DNA from: Squalus acanthias
Taxonomy: Eukaryota
Assembly: GCA_030390025.1 (NCBI GenBank)
Contig: CM059433.1
Coordinates: 22,446,001 to 22,510,000 of the forward strand
DNA: 64,000 nt
Reading direction: 5' to 3'
Shown here piece by piece: positions 1 to 12,130 of the stretch; positions within the stretch are counted from its first letter, which is position 1, and each line of letters starts with the position of its first letter. The position numbers and the translations under genes were made by a program. Below the pieces are notes generated by a model, which saw only the letters and a list, made by a program, of their open reading frames with translations, was not told where the DNA came from and ran no database searches.

Positions 1-2259
1 TAACCCTGTTCTGCATAATAATGGAATAGGAAGAGAAGCAGCACAGGCAAGAGACTCTGAGACTGAGGCACCATGGCAGAAGACACCAGCCCACTATGTT
101 ATAACTATTGGTGGCATTGCATTTGCAATTGTTTTATGCCGGTTTTTATATTCCAGTTTAGGAAAATGAGCTCAGCAGGAAATTTGAGCGTAAGTTCCCG
201 CCTGTAAAATCATCGCAGGAACTGGCCTAAATTTCTGCAAATTCAAGGAAATTCCATCCCTTTAAAGGTTTTGTGCTGCAGCTGTGCAAGAAGAGAACTA
301 AATTCTGTTGGTAATGGACAATCTTAATAGACTCATATCAGCTATTGGTTTGATCACTTTCCCTCAAAACCATGCCAGTTCTCATTTATAATTGTGCGCT
401 GATGCTGATATAAGTGATAATACAACACATAATAATTAATGAACACTCTGTTAATGAGAACATTTACATAAAGTGAAATGTTTGTCCAAGCACTGATTAA
501 TTCCATTAATGCTAGTGTATGTGTTAAGAGGATTGGTTAGAGCAAATATTCTGGTTGCCATGGCAGTGTTCCTAATCAAAGGCTTATGCCAGGTCTGTTT
601 TATAAGTAGCCACATTTATTTTTAAAGAACTTCTACTATTGGCAAATACCTTACAACCAGCTCTGACCGCTTTGGATTGGAAAAGGGTGGAATTAATAAT
701 GATTGCAGGTAAATCTGGTGACAGATAGTTTTTGTGGGAGTAACATTTTGATTAAATTTCCCTGTTAAATTTTGAACAGCAAACACTTAAAGTTGTTGGA
801 CATCTCTTGACAGCGTGGCTAACCCTTAAGTATTTAAGTTATTTGGTATACGCTACCATTCATCCTTGGTTAGTCTGTTTGTAAGATGCATTTGTCGTGT
901 ATACCTATATACTTAGGATTAGGATTAGGATTTGGTTTAATTTCAAACGATTAAAGTTTCTGGTTTCCTTTTACTGAATGAAATGGCTAAAGTTGTTCAT
1001 TCCTAAGATGCTTTAGAGTTTGATGTGCCAAGGAGCTGTTTTAGCTGACACTGTGGTTCAATTGTTTGCTGAAACACAGGATGTAAGATTCTTGACTTGT
1101 TTTGTGGCCACTTAAGAGTTACCCATGATATGGAACAATGGTTAACAGGATACACACAAGTGGCATCTGTTGTTTTCAAGAACTATATCCTTTCTAGGGG
1201 TCTTGTTCAATAACACCTGTCAATGATAATTGATTGTTACTGGCATTGTTTCATGAGAATCACACTATAAAGATTCCAAGCTTTTCTGTACAATTTGTAG
1301 AGAAAATCAGCAGTGGAAGGAGCAACAAAGAGTTCTCTACCCAGGGAAATAGCACACAGTTGTATGTTTTTTTTCTGTATGTCTTATTTTTAAGGATATT
1401 GTGTGTATTTGGACTTGTTCTCCTACAATAAATGGATTTTTGCATTCATAACCTGGAGTTAGGTATCAAACTTGTTACGTATTGAAAGAACATTGGACTT
1501 GACTGTTCAATAGATCATAAATATAATACTACAATATACATTTGTGGCAGTAACTGACCTCAGAAAAAGATAATTCTGCACACCATGTAATAAATTGTAC
1601 ACCATATTGAAGCATAATAACAAATGAATTTATCATAACAGGTGCCGTGTGGATGTATAAATTATATTCTGTCATTTATATATTGCAAAAGCTAACAATT
1701 ATGGTACATTTGATCATTCTATGACTGATGTACCGATTCCAACACTTTTCAGCAATCCTGTGATTTGTGGGAAAACAAGAAAGTTTTTTTTTATATAGTG
1801 GCATATACACTGCAATTTCACTGGGGTTACAGAAGGAAAACTCAGGGCTAAAGTCTGAAAAGATTACATTTGCATGACAGGAAACTTGATTTTATTGTTT
1901 CTACAACCTGTAATGATGCATGAAGCCCTATTTAATTTGAAGATGGAGGAGTTTAATAGACTAATTAACCTTTTCTTTTTTCAAAGCTTATGTTATTACA
2001 GATTCGATTCTTTGCGGGTATGTAAGGAAATTCAGCATAACTATACTGCTGTTCAATTAATTAGTCAGATATAGCAAGCCTCTTCCAGGCAAAAAAATAA
2101 AATAATTTAGTATGTTGTTCTCCAAGCTCTGACTGACATGTCAGCAGCATTTTCCGTGCAAAGCATGTTCCTGATTCCATTTTAATGCATTCACTCTTTT
2201 TTGACTACTTTTTAAAAACGATTTTAAACACACATAAAGCAATAATATAGCAAATAAGG

Positions 2260-2412
2260 TTGCGGGCAATGTTAACCTAACCGGGAAACTGACGGGAGTG
2301 GGTGCAACACTGGTTTTGCACCTGGCCTGATTTTACTCCCCATTGAAGTCAACTGGCATTCCATTTGATCTCGTCAGTTTCCTGCCCGGCGGGTTAGGTT
2401 GAAATTATCCCC
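2260..2412. mobile_element. Short palindromic Harbinger-type MITE
   Basis: Inverted arms AACCTAACC..GGAAACTGACG / CGTCAGTTTCC..GGTTAGGTT, ending GAAATTATCCCC; a similar fragment lies at ~45610-45730. Confidence 0.45.
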
Positions 2413-2649
2413 AACAAGCCAGATAAGTGGTTAATTTGGATATAATAAGTAAATAGCAATATTTGCCTAGAATTTGTGTTGGGTTTTTCTGATCTCCTGC
2501 TGTAACTTTGGCAGAAGGTTAGCAGAAGTCCTGAAGAAACTGCATTAACAGCTGTTTACGCCATTTCTCCAGTTCTACTGACGTTATGACGGAGTATCAA
2601 TGAACCCTCGTGGATATTCTATCTCATTGTTTATCTTTTATTTTACTTA

Positions 2650-3207
2650 GTGCTTTGAACGCGCAGGTAAGCATGGAAGATTTTACACATAAAGAAAGGA
2701 GGCGTAAGACCCACTTTTAACAAGGTAAGTAGTTAATTAAGTATGATTTTAAATTTTTTTCAACAGGTTTATCTTTTTTAGAGACTTTAAAGAAAGGTAA
2801 GTTTATTTTTATAACTTTTAAAAAGATTTTAAACTTTTTCAAAAATTTTAATTTTTGTTTAAAGTGGTTAATTTATTTAACTATACTTATTTTATTAATG
2901 CGATGGTTTTTAAAAAAAATTAATTGAGGTTTAGCTGTTCTTTTGGGGGTAAGTTGTATTCATAGCTTTGACAGTTCTCCTGTCAAAACTATGAATGAAA
3001 GATGGTGTGCTGCCATTGGCTCTAACTGAATCACGTGATCCCAGAGCTCGCACGAACTAACTGCGTCTGTGGGTCACGCAAGCACTGCACAGCTGCAGCC
3101 TTGAAACTAAAGTTCATGTGGGCCCGGAGGGAAAAGGTAGGCGCGCAGTGAGATATCGCGGGGAAGCCTTACCCCCGCAGGAACGCTCAGTGTTTAATTT
3201 CTGGGCC
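2650..3207 (+). mobile_element. Truncated copy of the ~760-bp Harbinger-type MITE family
   Basis: Collinear with 19255-19814; ends in TIR AATTTCTGGGCC; internal hairpin at 2958-2996. Confidence 0.85.
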
Positions 3208-3247
3208 ATTAGGTCCATTCCTTGTATGCAAGGATGTTTAGACTTAC

Positions 3248-3400
3248 CTTAGCTTTTCTCCTGATGCCATTGAGCTTCTTCCTCATTTGCCCCCAGGTAT
3301 GACAGGGCTGGGAGACTGCCATCACTTGTTTAGCAACCTCCATCCATATAGCTTGCACCTGGGCTTTAACATGTGGGTGATCTTTAACACCATGTAGGTC
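3248..3400 (-). pseudogene. Harbinger Myb/SANT-like exon relic
   Basis: Minus strand reads VQAIWMEVAKQVMAVSQPCHTW(frameshift)QMRKKLNGIRRKAK, followed by a GTAAGT donor. Confidence 0.6.
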
Positions 3401-3418
3401 AACCGTCCTTCACAGGTG

Positions 3419-3911
3419 CAGAATGTGAGAAAGCATTCAGCTTGTGTGTGACTTGTAAAAGAAAATAGAGTGTATTTAAAGTTAGGATTAAATCCTGCAA
3501 GGGGGTTAAGATTTCCTCTGGTTGCTGAGTAGAAACATGAAATATGATGAATAGAACGTGTTTATGGGTTCACTGAGAATGCTGAACAGTGAAAATCTTC
3601 ATGAGTACATTTACAATGTTGTTACATGTAGCGCCAGATACAATTCTTACCCTAAGGAGTGTCCTTAATCTGTGCCACAAGTCAATGGTCTGGAGCTCAC
3701 GCTAGTCAGTTATAAAAGTTCCTTCAAATTTATACATCAAAAAATAAAGAGGTTGAAATTCCCCCCAGATGCTATTTTAAAAATTATTCACAAAATAAAT
3801 TCTAATTTTCTAATGAAAGAAAAACTAACAGCAGGATTTAATCCGAACTTTAAATGCACTCTATTTTCTTTTACAATGTCACACACAAGCTGGATGCTTT
3901 CTCACATTCTG
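3419..3911. repeat. ~80-bp inverted repeat with ~330-bp spacer
   Basis: 3419-3498 is the reverse complement of 3831-3911 with about 4 differences. Confidence 0.9.
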
Positions 3912-4485
3912 AAAGGTCTTTGTAAGGACCAAGTATCATACTTTTCTTTCAAACCGGGATGAGAAAGTATTAAAAATATTGCCCGAGACGAACTGAGTTG
4001 GTGGTTTAAGTATGAAATGCAATGTGGTGTGAAACTTGCTAATATTAACAATCATCTCGTACTGTTGTCCAAGAGTTCAGAACAGCTGATCATTCAAGGG
4101 AAATGGGCATAGCAGCTCCTTTGTTTCAAATCCTGAATGCGCATATAAAACCATTAACATTTCCATTGAGAATAATATAGCAAGGTGATGATTCCTGCTG
4201 CTCTGCATGGCTACTGAACTCAAAATTTCAGAACATACTGTTTCTTGTGGAGGAGCTACAGTATTTTCATCTGTTTTGGTTTGAGGGAAGAAGAAGATAC
4301 ATTATTTTTCCATTGTTGGCAGTTTGGCAATATATTTCTCACTATGTGCTGTTGTATTGCAAGTTCATGGTGCAAACCCAGCATTTGGCTTCTTACTGTG
4401 CTGGAATACAGTTTTAATATCATGTCTGATTAGTCAGGCACACAATTCCACTATGGAAGAATTCACAGAAATGTTACATGTTATG

Positions 4486-5248
4486 GGGCCAGAGATTTGG
4501 CTTTCAGGCTTCCTGCAGGTGCAAGCATCGCGCGCGTACTTGCCTACCACGCCTGCCGTTGTGCTTTGGGCCCACGAGGACTTCGGCTCCTGGGCCTCCT
4601 CCAGCTGCCGGCGTGCAGTGCTTGTGTATCCCAGGGACGCAGTTAGTTCAAAGCGTCCCCTGGGATCACGTGGGCCATGGAGAGCCAATCCTAACAGGGC
4701 ATTTTCATTCATAGATTTGACAGGAAGACCTGTCAAATCTATGAATAGAGATCGGCCCCAAAACCACACTTAAACTTCAAATAAATATTTTTTAAAAATC
4801 ACATTTTTAAAATAACTATAAGTTATATAAATTAACTACTTTAAACAAAAATTTAAATTTTGAAAAAAATAATTATACTTTTTAACGGTGCTAAAAATAA
4901 ACTTACCTTTCTTTAAAGTATCTAAAAAAGATAAATCTGTTGAAAAAATGTTTAAAATGTAATTAATTAACCACTTACCTTGTTAAAAACAGGCCTTGTG
5001 CCTCCTTTTTAAAAGTGCAGCTTCTCCATACTTACCTTCCCGGAGAAACCTGAAAAAAAAAACAAAGTTCGCTGCGTGCGCGCAGCCTCTCCCGCGCATG
5101 CGTTTGACTTCTGAACCCCTTCCTTCAGGGGAACGGAAGTTCCGGTTTCCCGCGCATGCGCAGTGCATGCAGGAAACCGGCACTTCAGGTGGCCTTACGG
5201 GTGAGTACACAGTGCGTACTCACCCGACAACAGCCGAACTTCTGGCCC
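4486..5248 (-). mobile_element. Harbinger-type MITE, ~760 bp
   Basis: TIRs GGGCCAGAGATT..AACTTCTGGCCC; closely similar to 9686-10447; non-coding. Confidence 0.9.
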
Positions 5249-5259
5249 AATAAAACAAT

Positions 5260-5714
5260 TTTTTTTAATATCCTTCTTTTTCTCCCAGGCTGCTCGCAAC
5301 AATGTCCAGGCGATTAATCTTTAATTCCTGGAGACTCCAGGATAATCCTGGTGGGTTGGCAACCATAATTTAAAGAGACACTTTCACATTAACATAGATT
5401 TGATGTAACTCACACTTATTTTGTGATCTATTCCTGATGCAAAGACAGTAACAATCAGGGGCAATTTCTTCTGTACACTGTGCGATTAAAGTCAAAAAAT
5501 CTGCTTTTGAAGGCCCGTTGCCTACTGATGATCTCCATAATTCCTTCCTGATGCCAGACTCTGGCCTATTAATTTTCTTTTAACACTTTTATTCATTTGT
5601 TGTAAAAATACTGGAAATGGGAAAAAAGACTGTTTGATTGGGTGGGGCGGTTGGAGGCTGGCTGTCGTGCGATGACACCTCCATAAATACGTCCAACCAG
5701 AGTTGCCCACCCTA
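5260..5714. mobile_element. Fragments of a hAT-type MITE (GGTTGCCAAC termini)
   Basis: 5260-5365 and 5560-5714 match the two halves of 22319-22594. Confidence 0.6.
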
Positions 5715-7295
5715 CTTTAAGTACATGCTTTATAAGGGCTTTCATTTGACGTCTGATGCTGTTATTGATAACATTCAATAGGAAAGTTATGCAACACTAA
5801 AAGACTAGGTTTTAATCTAAAAGCTTTGTGATGCTCAGTTCTTTTACATGTGCTCTGACACGAAAGATAGCCTTAATGATTATGGAAGATACCAAGATGA
5901 TTGTTGATCTCATATGTCAAAACATCTGTGATAAAGTCACTAAGTAGTTCAGTTGGAGTGGGAGAAAATTAGAGGAGTTAAAAGCTGTGAATTGTTAAGG
6001 GATATGTAAATACTTAAAAGGTTTCAAGATGACTGTGTATTGATTAATTCGACCTTTTAAACCATGTCTGGTTGGTAATTGGGGTATGTTAATATGGAAA
6101 GATTCAATTGATTTTAATCAGTTTTGTGAAAATCAAAGTAATTACAGGTCAGATATAAGCCATTCAGCCCATCATGTCTGTGCCAGTGTTACATCTTCAA
6201 CTTGAGAGCCCTGAAGATCTACAAGGGTTTTAAAAGTCTCCTGCCATAGGTCCAATGGGAGATCTAGCATAACTATATCAGGATTTCCTACGTCCCTGAT
6301 CTAGGAAATATCAATTGTGGGAAGGGCAGCTGGTAAGCCCAGCAGAATGTGGCATAGTGGTTGTGTGACCCATCTTGGTGGACCAGGCCCAGGACATGGC
6401 TTGAAACTCCAAATAGTATTAGCTTGATGGACGGCTAAAACCTTCTTTGCAGGAGGTCCCAGGCACTCCTCCCCACACTCCCACCCCGAAGTGGGATTCC
6501 TGGTCTCCTGGGACATGTGCCTGTAGTGTTGTGGGTACCCACTGGAGTCATGTAGAGTGAGTGAACTCTCCTTGAAACTCTTTGGTGGGGCCAGCACCAG
6601 AGGTGCCGGGCAAACCCATCTCAGTACTTAAATTGGGATGCACCCCCCAAAGATTTTTGGCCCCTTGTCGCTCTCTGCTTCTGGTAAAGTTTTCCATTGG
6701 TCTAACCCTCTGTGTGGAAACAATTTCTTCTAAGTTTGTCTCTTGCTATCAATGCCCCCACTACTTGTCCGCTCCAAACCTTTCATAAGCACTGCAGTTT
6801 TCCACATCATTTCAAATGTGCACATTAGATCCATAATAGCATTTTCTAGACACCTCATGGCTTTTCTAATGATCATTGCTGCTTTTGAGAATTTTAATGG
6901 AAATATAGGTAGAGTATGTGTTAGAAAGTGGTAGAATGTAGGAAGAAAGTGCTAATGAGATATTCATAGTGATTCTCTGACAATTCATAGTTAGTGATTC
7001 TCTGGCCTTTCCTACCCTTCTGAAAGTGGATAAGTGGATTCATGAACTCCAGTGTTTGTTAAGATCATTATTGACGGAATTATGTAGCATTCCACGGCTG
7101 CACAGTCAAATCAAGAAGTGGACATTTCGCTCCAGGTCAGAGCTGGTATTTGCGAGCTTAACAAATGGGAAGATTTTGAATATTACTACAGGCATAAGCA
7201 AAGGCACAGGAGTAGCTCATAGACTATGCAATTTAATTCCTGTCATTTGTACCCACGTGGGTTTGATTTGTCCCGGGCAACGTTCCGAGCAGAGA

Positions 7296-7405
7296 ATGGA
7301 CGCAGTGGCCCGCACGCTGAGCGCTTTCTTCACTGCTAGCATCGCTGGAGGCATTGGATTCAGCGTCTGTGCCACCGGAGCCATCATCTACAAAGTAGCC
7401 ACCAG
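7296..7405 (+). CDS. Candidate first coding exon of an unidentified host gene (N-terminal hydrophobic/signal-anchor segment)
   Basis: Strong Kozak AGAATGG; MDAVARTLSAFFTASIAGGIGFSVCATGAIIYKVAT; donor AG|GTAACT; CpGs retained in unique sequence; downstream exons not identified. Confidence 0.4.
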
Positions 7406-7487
7406 GTAACTGAGGCCTCACTCACTGATAAATCTGATAAATCTGGGTACTGATGGAGGCGTGAGGTACATAGAATTACATCGAATT

Positions 7488-7965
7488 TACAGCACAGAAA
7501 CAGGTCTATCTCGGTGTTTATGCTCCATGCGAGTCTCCTCCTATCTTACTTCATCTCACCCTATCAACATATCCTTCTATTCCTTTCCCCTCATGTACTT
7601 ATCTAGCTTCCCCTTAAATGCATCTATGCTATTCGCCTCAACCACTCCATGTGGTAATGAGTAGCACATTATCACCATTCTATGAGGTTTTTTTCTCTGA
7701 GTAAAGAAGTTTTTCCAGTATTCCTCATTTGATTTATTTGATTCATTATTTTTTATCTTATAGTTATGGTCACTGGCTTTGGTCTCCCCCACAAGTGGAA
7801 ACATCTTTTCTACGTCTACCCTATCGAACCCCTTCATAATTTTTAAGACCTCCATCCTTTTAGTCTTCTGTTTTCTAGAGAAAAGAACCCGACCGTCTTT
7901 CCTGATAGTCGTACCCTCTCAGTTCTGGCATCCTTGTAAATCTCTTTTGAACTTTTTCCATTGTT
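7488..7965 (-). mobile_element. CR1 LINE 3' fragment
   Basis: EVLKIMKGFDRVDVEKMFPLVGE..NFFTQR..DAFKGKLDKYM plus CR1 3' tail. Confidence 0.85.
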
Positions 7966-7969
7966 CGAT

Positions 7970-8200
7970 ATTCTATTTATCCCTCAACCAACATCACTTA
8001 AAAAAACATTATCTGGTCATTATTACATTGCTGATTGTGGGACCTTGTGTACAAATTGTCTGCCTCATTTCCTAACTTACAACAGTACTTCATTGGCTGT
8101 AAAGTGTTTTTGGGATGTCCTGTGGTCGTGAAAGGCGCTATATAAATGCAAGTCTTTCCCTCCTTCCTTTCTTTCTTCCTTCCTTCTTTCCTTCCTTCCT
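7970..8200 (+). mobile_element. Deu-domain (SacSINE/AmnSINE1-like) SINE, 3' half
   Basis: TATCCCTCAACCAACATCAC..GAAAGGCGCTATATAAATGCAAGTCTTTC followed by a (CCTT)n tail. Confidence 0.8.
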
Positions 8201-9434
8201 ATGTAAATTTAACATATCTTCACTGCTTTTGAATTTGATTCCTCTAGATATGAACCCCAGTGCTTTGTTTGCACCTTTTATGGCTTTGTTAACCTGTGTT
8301 GCTACATTTAATGATTTCTTTTTGAAATTGTACCCCTAGATCCCTTTTTTCTTCTACCCCATTTAGACTCTTTTAACCCTAGTCGCTCAGCGGAAACCTG
8401 GCGGTTTAAAATCGCCCTAGCTCTTACCTGTAGAAAAGTCGCCATGATTGCAACATCTGCAATTTTAACCTGCTCACCTGAGGACACGCGCTCGGAGCCA
8501 GCAGGGTCCTTCTTTACATATGCATGTTGCGGCCCGATGACATCATTAAGACCCGACTGTAATTTTAAGTCAGGCCTACGAAGGGAATCCACCTGGAGTT
8601 AAAATCGGGGCCATCCAAGGAGTAGGTGGCTCCTTATTGCTCCTGCCAAAATGCACCACCTCACATTTAACTATGCCTGGGGTACATTGAAGCCATTATA
8701 GCAGGACTGGGGGCTGAGCTGAAGTGGAGGCAGCGCTGTGGGCAGCTTCATTCAATTCCAGTACGTGTTGCGTTAAAAGACTTTCCCTTTTAGCTATTTT
8801 TCCTTGGTGTCGCCAGGTCACGTTGTTGTGGGAGGGGCACTGCCTGCTGGTTACTATGGCGACGCATGTCCACCAGGAAGTGGGTGAGTTTTGTGGGTGG
8901 GGGTTAGAGCAAAGTCCCAGCGGATTTAACTGTCACCATTGGATCTCGCTAGATCCAGAACCAGTTTGGACACACTCTTTCATAGGATTTTCAAACCGCA
9001 GATTAAAATAACCCGTCGGTAGCTCAATTGTGCATATATATGGTTCTCGTGTAGCAAAAGTTGCCAAATCTGTGGAGATTATGATAGGGAGGAGTTGCCA
9101 GAGATGGGAAGATGCTTGGAATATCTTGTGTTGTAGGGATGGTGCTCCTCGATCTTTGGGGGGCTAAATTCGATAAGGCCCGAAAATGGGCGAGAGATCT
9201 CGATGCACGATCTGCCCGCGCCCGTTGAAAGTAATGCAGGCAGCGCATGAAATTCATGCTGCTTGCTAATTAACATCATTGAAGCGTTGAGCCCAGCGCT
9301 GAACGTGCTGCTGGTTGACTCAGCGCTCAGCAGGGGGCCCGATTTCATGGGAAGTGAACTCTATTTAAAGCTAGCCTGCACTGTGAAATGCTGTCTGTAC
9401 TTTGTAAAGGGTTATCATTGCAAAGGAAAGTGCT

Positions 9435-10854
9435 GAGAAAGGGCACCTAGGTTCTGTGACGCAGCACTGGAGGCCTTAGTGCAGGGGGTCAAAAGTTGGA
9501 GATAGGTCCTCTACCCGCAGGGGACCAGGAGGTCTACCAGACTGACTGTAAGCAGGCAGCGGGAGCAGATTGCTGAAGCGGTCAGTGCCACCAGTCTCTC
9601 CCTCAAGACCTGGATCCAGTGCTGAAAGAAGTTTAATGACCTCACACGAGTGGTCAAGGTCAGTGAATGCATCTTCAGATACATTGGGCCAGAAATTCAG
9701 CTTTCCGGCTTCCTGCGGGTGCAAGCATCGCGCGCGTACTTGCCTACCGCGCCTGCAGTTGTGCTTTGGGCTCACGAGGACTTCGGGTCCTGGGCCTCCT
9801 GCAGCTGCCGGCGCGCAGTGCTTGTGTATCCCAGGGGCGCAGTTAGATCGAAGCGTCCCCTGGGATCACGTGGGCCATGGAGAGCCAATCCTAGCAGGGC
9901 ATTTTCATTCATAGATTTGACAGGAAGACCTGTCAAATCTATGAATATAGATCGGCCCCAAAACTACACTTAAACTTCAAATCAATTAAAAAAAAATCAC
10001 ATTTTTAAAATAACTATAATTTAAATAAATTAACTACTTTAAACAAAAATTTAAATTTTTGAAAAAATTAATTATACTTTGTAACGGTGCTAAAAATAAA
10101 CTTACCTTTCTTTAAAGTATCTAAAAAAGATAAACCTGTTGAAAAAAAATTTAAATTGTAATTAATTAACCACTTACCTTGTTAAAAACAGGCCTTGCGC
10201 CTCCTTTTTAAAAGCACAGCTTCTTCATACTTACCTTCCAGGAGAAACCTGAAAAAAGAATCGAAGTTCGCTGCGTGCGCGCAGCCTCTCCCGCGCACGT
10301 GTTCGACTTCTGAACCCCTCCCTTCAGGGGAACGGAAGTTCCGGTTTCCCGCGCATGCGCAGTGCATGCAGGAAACCTGCACTTCAGGTGGCCTTACGGG
10401 TGAGTACACAGCGCGTACTCACCCGACAACAGCCGAATTTCTGGCCCAATATCCCACCAACTGAACCACTAGCCTCAGCTGGCAGTGTGTTACAGCAGTC
10501 CAACAATCTGTCCTCCAGCAGATTACTAGGATTGCTGAGGCACCACCCCAGGGGAGTGGCAGTGGCTCCATGGAGCACGAACCTGTTGTCCTCTCTCAGG
10601 ATGACAGCATTTGTACTCCAACCACTGCCACTCCACCAGTGCCCTTACTGTTGCCTGTCAGCCAGCTAGCCCAGACTGCTGCTGCCCATGCCAAGGTGGT
10701 GCAGCCTACAACTGGGCCTTCTAGGCCCAGAGCTGCTCAAGGTCAACCTGCAAGGCCATCTGAAGTCTCGCCCATTGAAAGTCAGCAGCCTTCCACCAGC
10801 CATGCTGCTGGGGTAGCACATCACAGGAGCACTAGGATAGGCAAAGACACATGA
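9435..10854 (+). pseudogene. Harbinger Myb/SANT-like DNA-binding gene (exon 1 at 9435-9658, C-terminus ~10450-10854)
   Basis: RAPRFCDAALEALVQGV..EQIAEAVSATS..TWIQC*KKFNDLTRVVK|GTCAGT; stops and frameshifts. Confidence 0.8.
9686..10447 (-). mobile_element. Harbinger-type MITE, ~760 bp
   Basis: Perfect TIR GGGCCAGAAATTC / GAATTTCTGGCCC; twin of 4486-5248. Confidence 0.92.
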
Positions 10855-11049
10855 AAGACAGGCACTAAGGGAATGCCTAAGGGTGATTAGTTGACTTTGT
10901 TATGTAGTTTTGGAATGAATCATTTATGTTTGGAATGTTTGTTTTGTGGTGGCTTTCATTTCAGCATTGTGGCCAAGAGGACGCTGGGTTGTTCCATAAC
11001 AGAGGGATGGTAAGGTGGAGAAGTGTTGAGCAACGAGGATCTGGGTTTT

Positions 11050-12130
11050 CATTCAGGGGAATCGGACTCTGATGTTGAGCTCATGGACAACTCGTCCGGA
11101 ATGGGGATTTGCAGGCTGCTTCCTCTCTTCCTCCTCCTCCTGAGGTGGTCGCGGAACTCATGGGGGCAAGGGCTGTGCCCTCATGATAGCCAAGTTGTGG
11201 AGGATGCAGCAGACCACCACGAATTGGGACACCCACTCTGGCAAGTACTGGAGGGCTCCTCCTGAGCGGTCAAGGCAGTGGAACCGTTGCTTGAGCACCC
11301 CGATGGTCTGCTCAATGACGTTCCTCGTGGCGGCATGGCTCTCATTATATGATTGCTGGCCACGAGTGGTGGGGTTGCGGAAGGGATTCATCAGCCAGGT
11401 TTAGAACATATAGCCCTTGTCACCTAACAGCCACCCTCGGGTTCAGCGTGGTGGCTGGAAGATTGCTGGCGCAGCGGACTGGTGCAGGATGAAGGCATCA
11501 TGACTGCTGCCAGGATAGCGTGCATTCACCAGCATGATGTACCGGGCATGGTCGCACTACACATTAAGCAAGTGGTACCCTTTGTGGTTACAGAGCATCT
11601 CACCATTGACATGCAGCGCTTGCAAAACCACTTGTGTGCAGTCGATGGCACCCTGCAACATGGGAAGCCCAATATCCTGGCAAAGCCATGTGCGTGCTCC
11701 TCCTGCTTCTCTCTGTTTAGAGAGAAGACAATGAAGTCCCCTCTCCTAGAGTGCAGAGCCTCTGTGACCTCCCGGATGCAGTGATGGAAGGCGAACTGCG
11801 AGATGTTTGCTATGTTGCCTGTTCTAGCCTGGAAGGATCCACTGGAGAAAAGATTCAGGGCCATGGTCACCTTGAGGGCCACTGGCAGGGCCGTCGTTGT
11901 CCTGCTCTGAGGCTGCAGGTCTGGTTCCAAGAGGTGCCAGATTTCTGTGACCACCTCCTTGGTGAAGCAGAGCCGCCGAGCACACTGCTCCTAGCTTAGG
12001 TGCAGGTAGGAGAAGTTCTCCCTGATGATCCTAGGTGGGTAAGCTTGTGAGCAGCTTGTCTTCTTTGCTGCCTCTGCTCCATCTCCCTGTTATGCTGCAG
12101 CGCGAGGGGGACTGCAACTAGAGCCCTCAT
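11050..12130 (-). pseudogene. HARBI1-like DDE transposase, frameshifted
   Basis: ALPVALKVTMALNLFSSGSFQ, GAIDCT, PGSSHD, WLLGDKGY, YNESHAATRNVIEQTIGVLKQRF, CCILHN. Confidence 0.92.

Noticed and set aside
913..930. (TTAGGA)3 telomere-like tract
   Set aside because: Too short and non-canonical; likely slippage
4324..5253. Duplicated ORFs at 4324-5253 and 9570-10464 as a gene pair
   Set aside because: They are incidental frames within copies of a non-coding MITE
11050..12130. Domesticated HARBI1 host gene
   Set aside because: Has stops and frameshifts and lies between TIRs with a Myb partner
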